Notes: generated by a model from the sequence alone, not told the origin. A stretch of DNA of 64,000 nt from Nostoc sp. DedSLP01 (GCA_034530875.2 JAVRCJ020000004.1:256001-320000); one strand, 5' to 3'. Counted from the stretch's first letter, positions 1 to 10,848 are shown. A program made the numbers and translations.

Positions 1-850
1 CTTTTGCATCGATGTCTTTTCCTTGAGCCACTAGTGAAATGAGAAAATCTAAACCTTGATTTTGTCGCAGCATCGCAATTGCTAATAACAATGTGCGGCG
101 AAATTCTACCTTTCTTGTTTGCTGCCAACAACTTTTGAGTAACTCGAATGCTGGCTCTAATCGAGATTCGCCCAACGCTAATGCTGCTAATTCACAGATT
201 CGATCTTCTGGGTGAAAAAGAAAACTAGCAACTAAAGCTAGTGAATCGGTGGGAGCTAGTTGTAACAAAGCCGTGAAACATTCCTCCATTACCTGTGGTG
301 CTTTATCGCCAATGCGGGTTTTCAAACGCAGCAGAGGTACGCCTTGGGGATTTCCTGTATAAGCGATCGCTTTTGCAGCAGCGACCCTTGCTTCTGGTTT
401 GGGATCGGCTAGGAGATCGGCTAATTCGTTCATTACATTTGAGTAGTTCATTCTCACCAGACCCAAAGCGCATATCCCGCGAAGATGAGCAGCAGTATCT
501 TCTTGACCTCCCCATACTGGCTCCATCTGCACGTGTCGAATACCTTGGAGAAAAAGTTTTTCATCGCTGTATTCCAAGCGATACAGTGTTTGTGCTATTT
601 CCTTCTTAGCAAGACAATTTTGGTCTACTTGGGTGGGTTTGACCATCATGCGAGCAAAAGCTTCTACAAGATCGGCAATCAGCGCAGTAATATTAGATTC
701 ACCAACTATCTTGGCTGCTTGGGCAACAGCCATAGAATGTTTACTCTTGAGGACTTGGCGTAAAATTGCGATCGCTTCCTCGCTAGTGGGTTGCTCTCGA
801 ATTTGGGCAAGAATAGATAAAGTTTCTTCTAGCTTTCGTGATTTTGGCAT
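1..850 (-). CDS. HEAT-repeat domain protein, truncated by the window edge
   Basis: Manual translation from ATG at 850 is open to position 1: MPKSRKLEETL...ELADLLADPKPEARVAAAKAIA...ELAALALGESRL, which contains HEAT-like helical repeats. It is absent from the ORF track because it has no stop inside the window. Confidence 0.8.
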   Translation of the reverse strand, partial: MPKSRKLEETLSILAQIREQPTSEEAIAILRQVLKSKHSMAVAQAAKIVGESNITALIADLVEAFARMMVKPTQVDQNCLAKKEIAQTLYRLEYSDEKLFLQGIRHVQMEPVWGGQEDTAAHLRGICALGLVRMNYSNVMNELADLLADPKPEARVAAAKAIAYTGNPQGVPLLRLKTRIGDKAPQVMEECFTALLQLAPTDSLALVASFLFHPEDRICELAALALGESRLEPAFELLKSCWQQTRKVEFRRTLLLAIAMLRQNQGLDFLISLVAQGKDIDAK

Positions 851-893
851 ATATTATCCCACTTCCAAAAGCTCTGTTTTGATAACCTTACAC

Positions 894-2129
894 CTATAAC
901 AGCAACTGCCAATAATTTGCAGCTTGTGTCAGATTCATTGATAAAAGCTGAGGATTTCCCAAATCTAAAACATCTTCAGGATTTGTTGGCACAATTTCCA
1001 GACATTTGATAATTTCTTGAGCGATCGCTCTTGCTAATGGTGGCGGAACTGCATTTCCTACCTGCCTTGCACCATGCCATTTAGTAATATGAAAACGAAA
1101 CCAATCGGGAAACCCATGTAATCTTGCCATTTCCCTGACTGTAATGCAGCGAGGCTGACTATAATGAATCGGCCTTGGTGAAGTATGTGCGCCGTGAGCA
1201 GCATCAGTTCCGGCTCTTAAAGTGTTGGCTATGCCCTCTTTTGCCAGTTTGAAAAAGTGAGAAATAGGTTCTTTTTTTCCCTCTTCTGTAGCGAGAAATC
1301 TAGCCCTTGAAATCTGTGAATGATTAGTTCTCATACTAGAAGTCAAAACAGAAGGATTCCAATTTCTCCTATAGCCAAAATACCAGCTTTTATCATCTAA
1401 ACATCTCATTTCTTGTGCGTAGCTGCTGGGATTTTTCCACTTTTGTGTTTCTACCCAATCGTTAAATAATAACTCTTCAAAATCTTCTACTTCTGGTAAA
1501 TCTCCAAGGGCATCCCAACAAGTAGGAGTAGGAAAAATAGAACTAGCTAATTTAGTAGATGGAGTAGGATATTGAGGCAAGACAAAACCTTTCTTTGCAC
1601 CAATGATAAATAATCTTTCTCGCCTTTGTGGTACTCCATAATCAGCAGCATTCAAAACTTTCCACGGTAAACGGATTTGATAGCCATTTTTGCTGAAAGT
1701 TTTAATTAGTTCAGACAAAAAACGTTTATGTTTCCCTACTGTTAAACCTTTAACGTTTTCAAATACAAAATAAAAAGGTTCTAATTCTAAGACAATTCTA
1801 ATAAAATCTTTGACTAAAAAATTTCTGGGGTCGTCTAATGCTCTGCGGCCTATATAAGAATAACCTTGACAAGGCGAACCAGAAATTATAGTTTCAATAT
1901 TTTGGTTGCCAATTCCAGTCCTTTCCCGAATTTCTTTGCCTGTTAATTCAGTTATCGAACAAGGTAATACAACACAATGGGGGAAATTAAATTTATGAAC
2001 GACTGCATGAACTGGATCGATTTCAACAGCAGCTTTCACATCAAAACCAGCTTGTTCAAATCCTAAACTTAGCCCTCCTGCACCAGCAAATAAATCTATT
2101 ACTATTGGTCTTTTTAGCTGCTGTTTCAT
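894..2129 (-). CDS. DNA (cytosine-5)-methyltransferase, orphan
   Basis: Motif I DLFAGAGG, motif IV GSPCQGYS, motif VI FENVKG, motif VIII QRRERL and motif X GNAVPP. Start set at MKQQ (2129) because the upstream extension is STRR sequence. Confidence 0.93.
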   Translation of the reverse strand: MKQQLKRPIVIDLFAGAGGLSLGFEQAGFDVKAAVEIDPVHAVVHKFNFPHCVVLPCSITELTGKEIRERTGIGNQNIETIISGSPCQGYSYIGRRALDDPRNFLVKDFIRIVLELEPFYFVFENVKGLTVGKHKRFLSELIKTFSKNGYQIRLPWKVLNAADYGVPQRRERLFIIGAKKGFVLPQYPTPSTKLASSIFPTPTCWDALGDLPEVEDFEELLFNDWVETQKWKNPSSYAQEMRCLDDKSWYFGYRRNWNPSVLTSSMRTNHSQISRARFLATEEGKKEPISHFFKLAKEGIANTLRAGTDAAHGAHTSPRPIHYSQPRCITVREMARLHGFPDWFRFHITKWHGARQVGNAVPPPLARAIAQEIIKCLEIVPTNPEDVLDLGNPQLLSMNLTQAANYWQLLL

Positions 2130-2283
2130 TTTTTCTTCTGGGCATAGGGCATTGGGCAAGCAGGAGGTGTGGGAGGATAGGGAAGAAATCTTTCCCCCCA
2201 CACTCCCCACACTTCCCCATCTTCTCATCTCCCCCCTAGTCCCCACACTCCCCTATTACCTCATCTCCCCATCTCCCCACTCC

Positions 2284-3453
2284 CTATTCCCTATTCCCTG
2301 GTAACATTGCTAAAATTTCTTGAGCAGCCCGATCGCAAACGCCAATTTCTCCCAAATTTTGCTGCATTTCTTGATAATCCGCCAAAGTTTGCTGTTTTCG
2401 GCTGATATTAAGTAATAGTTCCATTGCTGCTTGAATAATATTCTCTGCTGTAGCTTGTTCTTGTAAAAATTCTGGCACAATTTCCTTCATCACTACCAAA
2501 TTGGGTGGCGATGCAAAAGTTATGGAACCTTTGAGGAATTTACGAGCTATCCAAGCAGTCACGGGATTTAGGCGATAAACTACAACTTGCGGCACGTTTA
2601 ACAAGGCAAGTTCTAAGTTGACGGTACCAGATTTGGTAATGGCTAGATCGGCAGCAGCAAAAACTTCTTTTTGTTGACCTGATAAAACTGTAGCCTGCAA
2701 ACCATAACTTTGAATTGCCTCTTCAATTGGCTGTCTGTAGATTTCCAGAGAGAGGGGAATCCAAAAATGAACTTCGGGTAATTTAGCTTGAATCGTTTGG
2801 GCAGCTTCAAAAATGATTGGTAAAAGATATTTTAATTCTTGGCGGCGAGAGGCGGGGAGAAGAGCGATCGCAATTTGTTCTGGCGAAATCCCCAGCGTTG
2901 CACGCGCAGCTTGACGACTGGGAGCATCTTGCATCCGGTCAACTAAAGGATGCCCCACCCAACTAACTTTTGCCCCTTGCTCGCTATAATAACGGGCTTC
3001 TTCTGGAAAAATTGCTAAGAGTTTGTCTGTGAAACCAACAATTCGGTTAGTGTTACGCAAATTCAACGACCAAGCCCATTCTTGAGGAGCAATGTAATAT
3101 ACCACAGGCACTTGTGGTAGATTTTTTTGCATAAATGTGCCGATCCCCAGATTTGGACTCATGTAGTCAATTAATATTACCAAGTCTGGTGGATTTTGTT
3201 TTAGAGAAGCGATCGCCCTTCGTTGCACCTGGAGAGTCGGCAAAATATAAGGCAGCCCTTCCAAAATACCCATTGAGCCAATACTACTAGTATTGCCCAG
3301 CAGAGTTGCTCCAGCCTCCTGCATTTTTTCGCCACCCAGCGCCAAAATCTCTAATTCCAACCGCATCTCTACAGCTTGACGCTTCAGTGCTGTAATTAGC
3401 AGCGACCCTTGCAAATCGCCAGATACTTCGCCAGTGCTGATAAATATCCGCAT
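2284..3453 (-). CDS. lpxB: lipid-A-disaccharide synthase
   Basis: MRIFISTGEVSGDLQG, VGHPL, LLPASR and KSGTVNLE motifs; lpx operon context. Confidence 0.96.
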   Translation of the reverse strand: MRIFISTGEVSGDLQGSLLITALKRQAVEMRLELEILALGGEKMQEAGATLLGNTSSIGSMGILEGLPYILPTLQVQRRAIASLKQNPPDLVILIDYMSPNLGIGTFMQKNLPQVPVVYYIAPQEWAWSLNLRNTNRIVGFTDKLLAIFPEEARYYSEQGAKVSWVGHPLVDRMQDAPSRQAARATLGISPEQIAIALLPASRRQELKYLLPIIFEAAQTIQAKLPEVHFWIPLSLEIYRQPIEEAIQSYGLQATVLSGQQKEVFAAADLAITKSGTVNLELALLNVPQVVVYRLNPVTAWIARKFLKGSITFASPPNLVVMKEIVPEFLQEQATAENIIQAAMELLLNISRKQQTLADYQEMQQNLGEIGVCDRAAQEILAMLPGNRE

Positions 3454-3474
3454 TTGATAATTCAAGTTTTAAAA

Positions 3475-3617
3475 GTCAGGAGTTAGAAGTTCGGAGTGAG
3501 GAATTAAAAGTGAGGAGTTAGAAGTTGAGAGTGAGGAGTTAATAGTTAAAAAATTTAATTTATCAACTTAATATTTCATAACTCCTAACTCATAACTCCT
3601 AACTCCTAACTTCTAAC
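3475..3617. repeat. inverted STRR heptamer arrays (GGAGTTA / TAACTCC type)
   Basis: Tandem heptamers followed by their reverse complement between lpxA and lpxB. Similar arrays lie at about 2160-2283, 6330-6395, 13810-14011, 17040-17190, 36260-36430 and 39445-39565. Confidence 0.85.
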
Positions 3618-4436
3618 TCACGATTCATCACTTGCGCCTTTTTTTGTCTTCCCAGGAATCAACCCGCGTCTTCCTGGCATCTGAGAAAGTAGCAGGAAGC
3701 GGCGGAGATGTTGTAACTCTTCACTATCCCCTAATAATTCCAGTTGTTCCAAGGCATTCTTAAAGGACAGACCAGAACGGTAGAGAATGCGGAAGGCTTT
3801 TTTGAGCATTTGTAAATCTGCTGCGTCCATACCAGACCGTTTAAGCCCCACAAGATTAAGAGTTCGTACCCGCGCCGGATTTCCCTCGACCAGCATAAAT
3901 GGCGGTACATCCCGGTCAATACGTGCCATACCGCCTACCATTGCCTGTTTGCCGATATGCACAAATTGATGCACGCCTAAGACCCCACTCAGCCTAGCGC
4001 GCGACTCTATATGTACGTGGCCTGCCAACGCCACAGAGTTAGCAATTACTACCTGGTCTTCAATTACACAGTTATGAGCTACATGAGCGTAAGCCATAAG
4101 CAAGTTACCATCACCAATCACTGTCGCTTCACCAGCACCAGTAGCCCGGTTAATGGTCACGTACTCGCGAATCAAGTTGTTATCACCAATTTTGACCCAG
4201 GTTGGTTCCCCTACAAACTTGAGATCCTGGGGTTCCATACCGATAGCTGCTCCAGTAAAAATCTGATTTCGCGCCCCAATTTCACAAGGCCCCTCTAGCA
4301 CTGCATGAGCGCCAATAATTGTTTCAGGGCCGACTTTGACATGCGCTCCAATCACAGCATAGGCACCGACTTGCACTGTATGGTGGAGTTCCGATTTGGG
4401 ATGAACTACAGCAGTTGGATGAATAAGCGTTTTCAA
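3618..4436 (-). CDS. lpxA: UDP-N-acetylglucosamine O-acyltransferase
   Basis: Hexapeptide repeats, IHPTAVV, PQDLKF, HVAHNC, LAGHV and VHQF motifs; TTG start with GGAG upstream. Confidence 0.96.
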   Translation of the reverse strand: MKTLIHPTAVVHPKSELHHTVQVGAYAVIGAHVKVGPETIIGAHAVLEGPCEIGARNQIFTGAAIGMEPQDLKFVGEPTWVKIGDNNLIREYVTINRATGAGEATVIGDGNLLMAYAHVAHNCVIEDQVVIANSVALAGHVHIESRARLSGVLGVHQFVHIGKQAMVGGMARIDRDVPPFMLVEGNPARVRTLNLVGLKRSGMDAADLQMLKKAFRILYRSGLSFKNALEQLELLGDSEELQHLRRFLLLSQMPGRRGLIPGKTKKGASDES

Positions 4437-4726
4437 GGGTAGAATCTCCAGAACTGTCTTAATAAGCCAGCGCCAACGGTGGTTTTTCAGGCAGTGCCTT
4501 GCTCTGTGTAAAGAGTTCTAGCGGCTGCTGTTCCATTGAAGCGACTGGCGTTGCTGAACTTGAGTGTTTCAGCGAACGAAAGTGTCGGGCAAAGCAAGTT
4601 GAGTGTGAGGGCGGCGAAAATCAAGAAATAATAAGATGCTGTTGTGGATTTTTTTTGAAACTGTTATCCTGATCGGGATTCAGTAGGGCAGTTCACGGCT
4701 GTAGCCCTGACCACGAAAGCAAACTT

Positions 4727-5239
4727 TTAGTTAACTAAGGAAAACATCAATTCGCCTTCACAAGCGAGTTGACCGTCAACTTCGGCAATACCTTGCATTT
4801 TACCGAAACGACGTTGTTTTACCCATAACAGTTCCACTGTCATTACTAGTCGATCGCCCGGTACGACTTGCCGACGAAAGCGGACTTTATCGATACCAGC
4901 AAAAACGAACAGTCCACCTTCAACCTGAGACATTTGAGTTAAGACAATGCCTCCGACTTGTGCCATTGCTTCCACAATTAGCACTCCTGGCATCAGCGGG
5001 CGTTCGGGGAAATGACCTTGGAAACAGGGTTCGTTAATTGTGACATTTTTAATGCCAACAGCTTTTTGACCTGGGACGTAATCAGTAATTTTGTCTACCA
5101 GTAAAAATGGGTAGCGGTGGGGTAGGAGTTGCTGAATTTCTTCAGATGTGAAAGTTGTTTTAATCTCATTTGTGTCTTGTTGTTCGGTAGATACAGGTGT
5201 AGTGCGATCGCTGCTATTCACTTGAGTAAGGATTGACAT
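4727..5239 (-). CDS. fabZ: 3-hydroxyacyl-ACP dehydratase
   Basis: [11 protein letters not shown] and GHFP...[11 protein letters not shown] motifs. Confidence 0.97.
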   Translation of the reverse strand: MSILTQVNSSDRTTPVSTEQQDTNEIKTTFTSEEIQQLLPHRYPFLLVDKITDYVPGQKAVGIKNVTINEPCFQGHFPERPLMPGVLIVEAMAQVGGIVLTQMSQVEGGLFVFAGIDKVRFRRQVVPGDRLVMTVELLWVKQRRFGKMQGIAEVDGQLACEGELMFSLVN

Positions 5240-5335
5240 TAGCGGTGTAGTTGATTTTTAATCTGGTAATTGAGTAAGCGTAGATTGAAATCGTTATCAA
5301 TCTAGGATTTTTAGCTTTCAGAACCAATCCAAACT

Positions 5336-6181
5336 CTAAAACCCTAAATCTAAAATTTTCTTGGCCAGTTGAATGTGTAAATTGTGGCTGGCTTTATACG
5401 CTAAGAAATGAGCAACAGGAAAATTTCCTAGTAAACTCAAATCTCCCACTAAATCCAAAATTTTATGACGGACTGGCTCATTTGCAAATCTTAATGGTGG
5501 ATTTAGCCACCCTTGCGGCCCGCAAACTAGTGCATTATCCAAACTACCACCTTTAATTAACCCTGTTGTTTGTAAGTGTTCTATTTGATGCAGTAATCCA
5601 AAAGTACGAGCTGGAGCAATTTCTGCTGCAAAGCTAGCAGAAGCATCTTCTAGATTACCCGTTAGCGACCAACTATGCCATTGGTTGCCAATTGCAGGCA
5701 CGTCAAAATCGATACCATAACTAAAGCGGGTTTCCGGTGCTGGGATAGCACATACACAGGCATCTTCTTGATAAACGCATATTGGCTCTTTAATAACCAA
5801 GGGTTCGCGGTTCTCTAGTTGTGGTACTAAGCCAACCTGGGCAATATTCGCTGTCCACTCCTTTGCCGAACCGTCCAAAAGTGGAACTTCCGGCCCGTTA
5901 ATTTCAATGCGGGCGTTATCTACGCCCATAGCCGAAAGTGCTGCCAATAAATGTTCTACTGTGCGAACATATACCTCACCCTTACCCAATTGGGTTGAGA
6001 GAACAGTGCGATCGACTGCCGCAACTTGGGCTGGAATTATTGGCATATCCGGTAAATCTACCCTGACAAAGTAGCGTCCACTACTGGTTTCAGCTGGTAG
6101 TATCCGCACTTGTGTAGTTACACCGCTATGCAATCCCACTCCAGTTTGCGTAATTTGCCCCGCTAGAGTGTGCTGTTGCAT
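5336..6181 (-). CDS. lpxC: UDP-3-O-acyl-GlcNAc deacetylase
   Basis: [21 protein letters not shown] and HKILDLVGD zinc motifs; start set at MQQHTL. Confidence 0.96.
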   Translation of the reverse strand: MQQHTLAGQITQTGVGLHSGVTTQVRILPAETSSGRYFVRVDLPDMPIIPAQVAAVDRTVLSTQLGKGEVYVRTVEHLLAALSAMGVDNARIEINGPEVPLLDGSAKEWTANIAQVGLVPQLENREPLVIKEPICVYQEDACVCAIPAPETRFSYGIDFDVPAIGNQWHSWSLTGNLEDASASFAAEIAPARTFGLLHQIEHLQTTGLIKGGSLDNALVCGPQGWLNPPLRFANEPVRHKILDLVGDLSLLGNFPVAHFLAYKASHNLHIQLAKKILDLGF

Positions 6182-6395
6182 AGGCGAAAACTCAATATAT
6201 TTCGTTGAGTATCGTTCATAGTTAGTCTGTTTTGGTAAAACCCCTGATATTCGTTCGCAAATGTCATTTATCCCTTTATCGGAACAGTATTGAGGCAAAC
6301 GCCAAAATTAGCAAGCTAATCCGAAAAAATTATGAGCTAAGAGTGAAGAGTGAGGAATTAAAACTCATAACTCCTAACTTGTAACTCCTAACTAC

Positions 6396-8987
6396 CTAGA
6401 ATCTTTCGCCAATACCGAAATTAATCCGACTATCACCATCATCATTGATACCGTAGTCAATGCGAATTGGCCCTAAGGGAGACTGGACGCGAACGCCGAG
6501 GCCATAACCGTAGCCAGTGCCGTTTTTGTTCAGTATTTCCGCGGGTCTGGTAGTAGTTCCCAAGTCACTACCAATGTCAAAAAATAGTGCGCCGCTAACT
6601 ACTGAAAAAACTGGAAACCGATACTCAACTGACGCTTGCACGTAACTGCGTCCGCTACTTAATGCTCCTTCTTCATAACCCCGAACCGAGTTGCTACCGC
6701 CAATGGTAAAGGCTTCGTAAGGGGGCAAGTCACCAAGGACTGTTCCTGCTTGGAGATTAAATGCTAGGGTTTGTGCCCCTTTACTGAGGCGAATCAACTG
6801 TACGGGGAAATATTGACTGTAGCTACCCCGTAATCTGGTAAGTAAAATATTACCCGATCCTATGGGTACAGACTGATCGATCCCGAAGCGGAGATAAGAA
6901 CCGCTAGTGGGTTGGAGGGGATTATTACGAAGATCCCGCTGTACCCCCAGTTGTAAAAGTAAGAGATCGTCTTGACCTGTATCCGACTCAGTTAATGGAG
7001 TGGTGACTAACTGTTTGCCAGGAAGAAGATTTCCATTATCGTCAGTGATACGGTTTCCATTCTCGTCGATAGGCTGTTCGTCTTCATTGAAGAGTGCCGC
7101 ATCTCTTCTCTGGTTGCCATCACCATCTTCACTGGTAACTCGTTGATACTGTAAACCTGCTGAGGCAGTCCACACTGAACTCTTGTAGGGATTGGCGGAT
7201 AGGGGACGGGTAAAAGTGACGCCACCACCTAAACGGACGATACGGGGACGATCCTGAGCATCTGTATCTACTATGGGATTATCTGGATTAAACGTTCTAA
7301 GATCCCGATCTTGGCCATCAAAAATCAGCGAAATGGAACTGCGGCGGAAAAGGTTCGTTGTATAGGAAGTCCGGTAAGGATCTCCAGCAATCCAAGGGTC
7401 GGTAAATCGCACGTCAAACAGCAGTTCCCTTTCTCCCACCTGTACTTCTGCTCCCAGTTTTTGATTTCTGCCATTCAGGTTTTGCTGTTGATAGCTAACT
7501 GTACCAAAAAGTCCGCTAGCAGAACTAATCCCTGCCCCAGCAGCAATGGAACCGCTGCTGCGTTCGGCTACATTTACTACTACATCCACTTTGCTGGGGT
7601 CGGTACCAGGGTCGAGGGAGACATTCACATCCTCAAACAGCCCCAGCCCATACACGCGCTGTAGGTCTTTTTGGACTGTATTGCGGTTGAATACTTGTCC
7701 TGGCTTTAATTCCAATTCTCGCGTAATGATGTATTCTTGGGTGCGTCCGCGAATTGGTTGTCCTTTTTCGTCTGTTTCCTGACCATCTTTGTTGCGGAAC
7801 CGGACTCGAATGTTTTCTACTACCCCTTCTGCTACCTGCAAGGTAACTACTCCGTTTTCAGAGACTTGGGGCGCTCCAATGACGTTGGCTAGTACGTAAC
7901 CTTGGTCTTGATACCGCTTGTTTAACTGCTTGATTCCTTCTTGTAGATCGCGGAGGTTGAGGATTTTACCATACTGTTCGCGGAATACTTCATCTACAGT
8001 GTTAGCTGGTAGTACCGAGGGAACACCAGTACCAGGATTAGCTTGGATTTCTACCTTGGTCAAAACGGGGTTGGGCTGCACGACAAAACTGACCCGTACT
8101 CCCAAGGGCGTATCTTCTGGCGATGCTTGAACGTTGGAAAAGAAGCCAGTACCAAAGATGGCGTTAATATCTTCTTGCAGTTGGCTGCGGGTTGTGGTTC
8201 TTCCTGGCTGGGTACGAATGACTCTGTAAACTTGTTCTTCGAGTTCTGGTGCTAATTGCCCAGTCTGGGATCTAACCACTACTTCCGATACGAGTACCCG
8301 GGGATCGGTACTTTCTGGGGCTGCGCCTGGTTGTGTATTTTGCGGAGTACTACCTGGGGCTGCGCCTGGTTGTGTATTTTGTGGAGTACTTTCTGGGGCT
8401 GCGCCTGGTTGTGTATTTTGCGGAGTACTACCTGGGAATGGGGCTGGTGTTCGTTGTTGACTATCTGGAAATGGAATGTCGGGAGTAGAGGATGGCTGTT
8501 GAGTATCTTCGGGAGTTGTAGGTTGTACGGGTTCTGTTGCAGGGGCGGTATTCTCGGGGACTGGGGTGGTTTCAGGAGTTGGCGAAGGCGTTGGTTGTTG
8601 AATATCTGGGGCTGGAATCTCTAGGGCAGGGGATGGCTGTTGAGTGAGGTTGCTGTTATTTTGAGACCTTTGTACGGTTGCTGCCATTGTGGAGGTTGGT
8701 ACTATCGTCTCTGGTATGGCGATCGCCTTTGTTTTTTTACCAGGGAAAACTGCGACAACACGGGACTGGAGGTGTTGTGCCTCTGGAACCCCTGTGAGAT
8801 TAAGTTGAGATTCTAAATGACTAGAGTTAACCTGAGCAGTGTCTTTTTCTGGCTGTTGATTGGTTTCTAGTGTCAAAACTTCTGTTGTTTGTTTTGCACT
8901 GTCCGCGGTTTGGGCATTTGCACTCAGTGAGCCGCCCAAAGGCACTGCAATTGCTACTGCTGTCAGCAATACGGGAGATAAACGCAT
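6396..8987 (-). CDS. bamA: Omp85/BamA (Toc75-like) outer-membrane protein assembly factor
   Basis: Signal peptide, Pro-rich linker, POTRA domains, barrel VRGY motif and C-terminal FGIGERF. Confidence 0.95.
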   Translation of the reverse strand: MRLSPVLLTAVAIAVPLGGSLSANAQTADSAKQTTEVLTLETNQQPEKDTAQVNSSHLESQLNLTGVPEAQHLQSRVVAVFPGKKTKAIAIPETIVPTSTMAATVQRSQNNSNLTQQPSPALEIPAPDIQQPTPSPTPETTPVPENTAPATEPVQPTTPEDTQQPSSTPDIPFPDSQQRTPAPFPGSTPQNTQPGAAPESTPQNTQPGAAPGSTPQNTQPGAAPESTDPRVLVSEVVVRSQTGQLAPELEEQVYRVIRTQPGRTTTRSQLQEDINAIFGTGFFSNVQASPEDTPLGVRVSFVVQPNPVLTKVEIQANPGTGVPSVLPANTVDEVFREQYGKILNLRDLQEGIKQLNKRYQDQGYVLANVIGAPQVSENGVVTLQVAEGVVENIRVRFRNKDGQETDEKGQPIRGRTQEYIITRELELKPGQVFNRNTVQKDLQRVYGLGLFEDVNVSLDPGTDPSKVDVVVNVAERSSGSIAAGAGISSASGLFGTVSYQQQNLNGRNQKLGAEVQVGERELLFDVRFTDPWIAGDPYRTSYTTNLFRRSSISLIFDGQDRDLRTFNPDNPIVDTDAQDRPRIVRLGGGVTFTRPLSANPYKSSVWTASAGLQYQRVTSEDGDGNQRRDAALFNEDEQPIDENGNRITDDNGNLLPGKQLVTTPLTESDTGQDDLLLLQLGVQRDLRNNPLQPTSGSYLRFGIDQSVPIGSGNILLTRLRGSYSQYFPVQLIRLSKGAQTLAFNLQAGTVLGDLPPYEAFTIGGSNSVRGYEEGALSSGRSYVQASVEYRFPVFSVVSGALFFDIGSDLGTTTRPAEILNKNGTGYGYGLGVRVQSPLGPIRIDYGINDDGDSRINFGIGERF
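8308..8436 (-). repeat. 39-bp coding tandem repeat (about 3.3 copies) encoding P[GE]STPQNTQPGAA
   Basis: Units begin at 8308, 8347, 8386 and 8425 on the plus strand and alternate between gtactttc and gtactacc variants. Confidence 0.92.
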
Positions 8988-8997
8988 TTTACTTATG

Positions 8998-9019
8998 ATT
9001 CCTCTTCACAACCACACAC
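8998..9019 (-). promoter_or_regulatory. putative Yfr1 sRNA target site in the bamA 5' UTR
   Basis: The mRNA reads GUGUGUGGUUGUGAAGAGGAAU over the RBS, which is imperfectly complementary to the conserved Yfr1 core ACUCCUCACAC(CACAC). Confidence 0.5.
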
Positions 9020-9115
9020 ACCATCACAAATTAGTCATTAGCCAGTGATTTTTAGTTTTTCACAAAGGACAAATGACAATCCATACGACTTTAATTAATT
9101 TTTCCCCATTCCTAT

Positions 9116-9853
9116 TTAATTATTACTCTCTACTACTTTTAGTACTCGCTGTAAAACCTCCTGGTAAGCATCCTCTACATTTCCTAAGTCTCGGCGAAAG
9201 CGGTCTTTGTCCATTACTCGACGTTCTGAGTCTTGTTCTGTACTATCCCACAAACGGCAGGTGTCGGGGCTAATTTCATCTGCCAAGAGCAACTGCTGTT
9301 GTGAGTCCAAACCAAATTCTAGTTTGAAGTCTACTAGAGTAATGCCGCAGCGCTGCCAAAAGTCAATGAGAAATTCATTGATTTGCAATGCAAGATGTGT
9401 AATTGCATCCACTTGTTCCGGCGTAGCTAGTTCTAGCAGGTACAGGCGATCGCGTGTTAACAAAGGATCTCCTAATGGATCGTTTTTGTAATAAAACTCT
9501 ACCAAAGGCTGTTTCAGAATTGTACCCACTGGTAACCCTGTTTGCTGAGACAGACTCCCAGCAGCAATATTTCTCACCACTACTTCCAAGGGTATAATCT
9601 TTACTGCTCTTACCCGCATCTGGTTAGGAGCAGGGCTATCAATAAAGTGAGTCTTGATCCCATTTGCCTCTAACTGTTTAAAAAGCTGGCTGGAAATACT
9701 GCAATTAATATTTCCTTTTCCTTGAATACTCCCACGCTTTTGCGCGTTAAAGGCTGTGGCATCATCCTTAAAATCAGCCAATAAGATTTGTGGATCGTCC
9801 GTTTTGTAGAGAACTTTCGCTTTTCCTTCGTATACCTTGGAATTAACAGACAT
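9116..9853 (-). CDS. purC: phosphoribosylaminoimidazole-succinocarboxamide synthase
   Basis: YEGKAK, DFKLEFG, ADEISPDTCRLWD and DKDRFR motifs. Confidence 0.97.
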   Translation of the reverse strand: MSVNSKVYEGKAKVLYKTDDPQILLADFKDDATAFNAQKRGSIQGKGNINCSISSQLFKQLEANGIKTHFIDSPAPNQMRVRAVKIIPLEVVVRNIAAGSLSQQTGLPVGTILKQPLVEFYYKNDPLGDPLLTRDRLYLLELATPEQVDAITHLALQINEFLIDFWQRCGITLVDFKLEFGLDSQQQLLLADEISPDTCRLWDSTEQDSERRVMDKDRFRRDLGNVEDAYQEVLQRVLKVVESNN

Positions 9854-10118
9854 AGTAGCTGGTAAAGTTTTAAACGATGGACAATTTTTGTCCTTTAAGG
9901 CTTAACCATTTTATCTTTAGTTACCAACCATTAGCTATTGGCGATCGCCGATTGGCAACTCAAGGCTAAAGGTTGAGAGTTAGTAGTTTGACAATACACC
10001 TTTAGCGAGTTTAAAACCACCAAATCTGTCGTGAGAGAGAAAATAATATTTTCTATTGGAGGAAAAATCTCATATCCAAAATTGAATAATTCCCTAGCCG
10101 TGGGACTGGATAGTAGCA

Positions 10119-10326
10119 CAATACGCTTCGGTTAAAGGCTTTATCTGTTCAGATAGGCAGAGGAGGCTGTGCGCCCTTGGTGGTTCCCACGCCACTTGCT
10201 ACCCTGCGGGAACGCTTGCAGCGAACAAGCCGGGAAACCCCTCCAACGCAGTGGCTCCCCGTTGTAGCAACTGCCGTGGAGCAGAGGAGACAGGGGGGAG
10301 AAATAAAGCTTAACTCAACGGTATTG
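10119..10326. mobile_element. degenerate MITE with CAATAC...GTATTG ends and nested small repeats
   Basis: Imperfect TIRs caatacgcttcggttaa / ttaactcaacggtattg; flanks GATAGTAGCA and GATAGTAGTC (8/10 match); GC-rich palindromic inserts inside. Confidence 0.6.
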
Positions 10327-10848
10327 GATAGTAGTCTATAAAAGTAAAAATCGTTCTAGGAATCTAGTTTTTGGATCGATGGCTAGCGATCGCAAGTCTA
10401 TTACTCAAAATTTACAATTAGAGCTCTAACTTTTAGCAGAAGCCAGTTGAAATTACTAATGGTAGGTTGTTCATACGTAATTGATTTAAGTGAGTTGTAA
10501 TTATTTTTGCAAAAATAAAGTTGAGTAGTATATTTTAATACTTGAAGAATAAGAATTTTTAGCGAAGTAAATTACAATCGAAATTTCATAAATTAAGATG
10601 AAATAAATTGGTAATTGAGGAAAAATTAAAGATTCTCTCTAGTCACTTGAGTAGGAACTTTCTTTGTAAGGTTGCCAGTGAAAGTGTTTCAGGATTTATC
10701 CTCTAGTTTCAATATCTGAATCGACCAATTCCCCCATCATTCAGTTGCAAATGGAGTTCAATGATTCAGTTTCCCTAGCCTGGTAAAAGTAGAGATTGGG
10801 GTAACTAATGATTCAGGTTGCAAGATTTAAAAAGGAGAACTTATATAA

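Noticed and set aside
295..899. Short ORFs 295-609, 303-515, 485-763 and 633-899
   Set aside because: They are shadows of the minus-strand HEAT-repeat gene (850 to <1).
2130..2246. N-terminal extension of the methyltransferase ORF
   Set aside because: It is translated STRR sequence. Similar over-extensions were trimmed for lpxC, the USP, the SBP and the permease.
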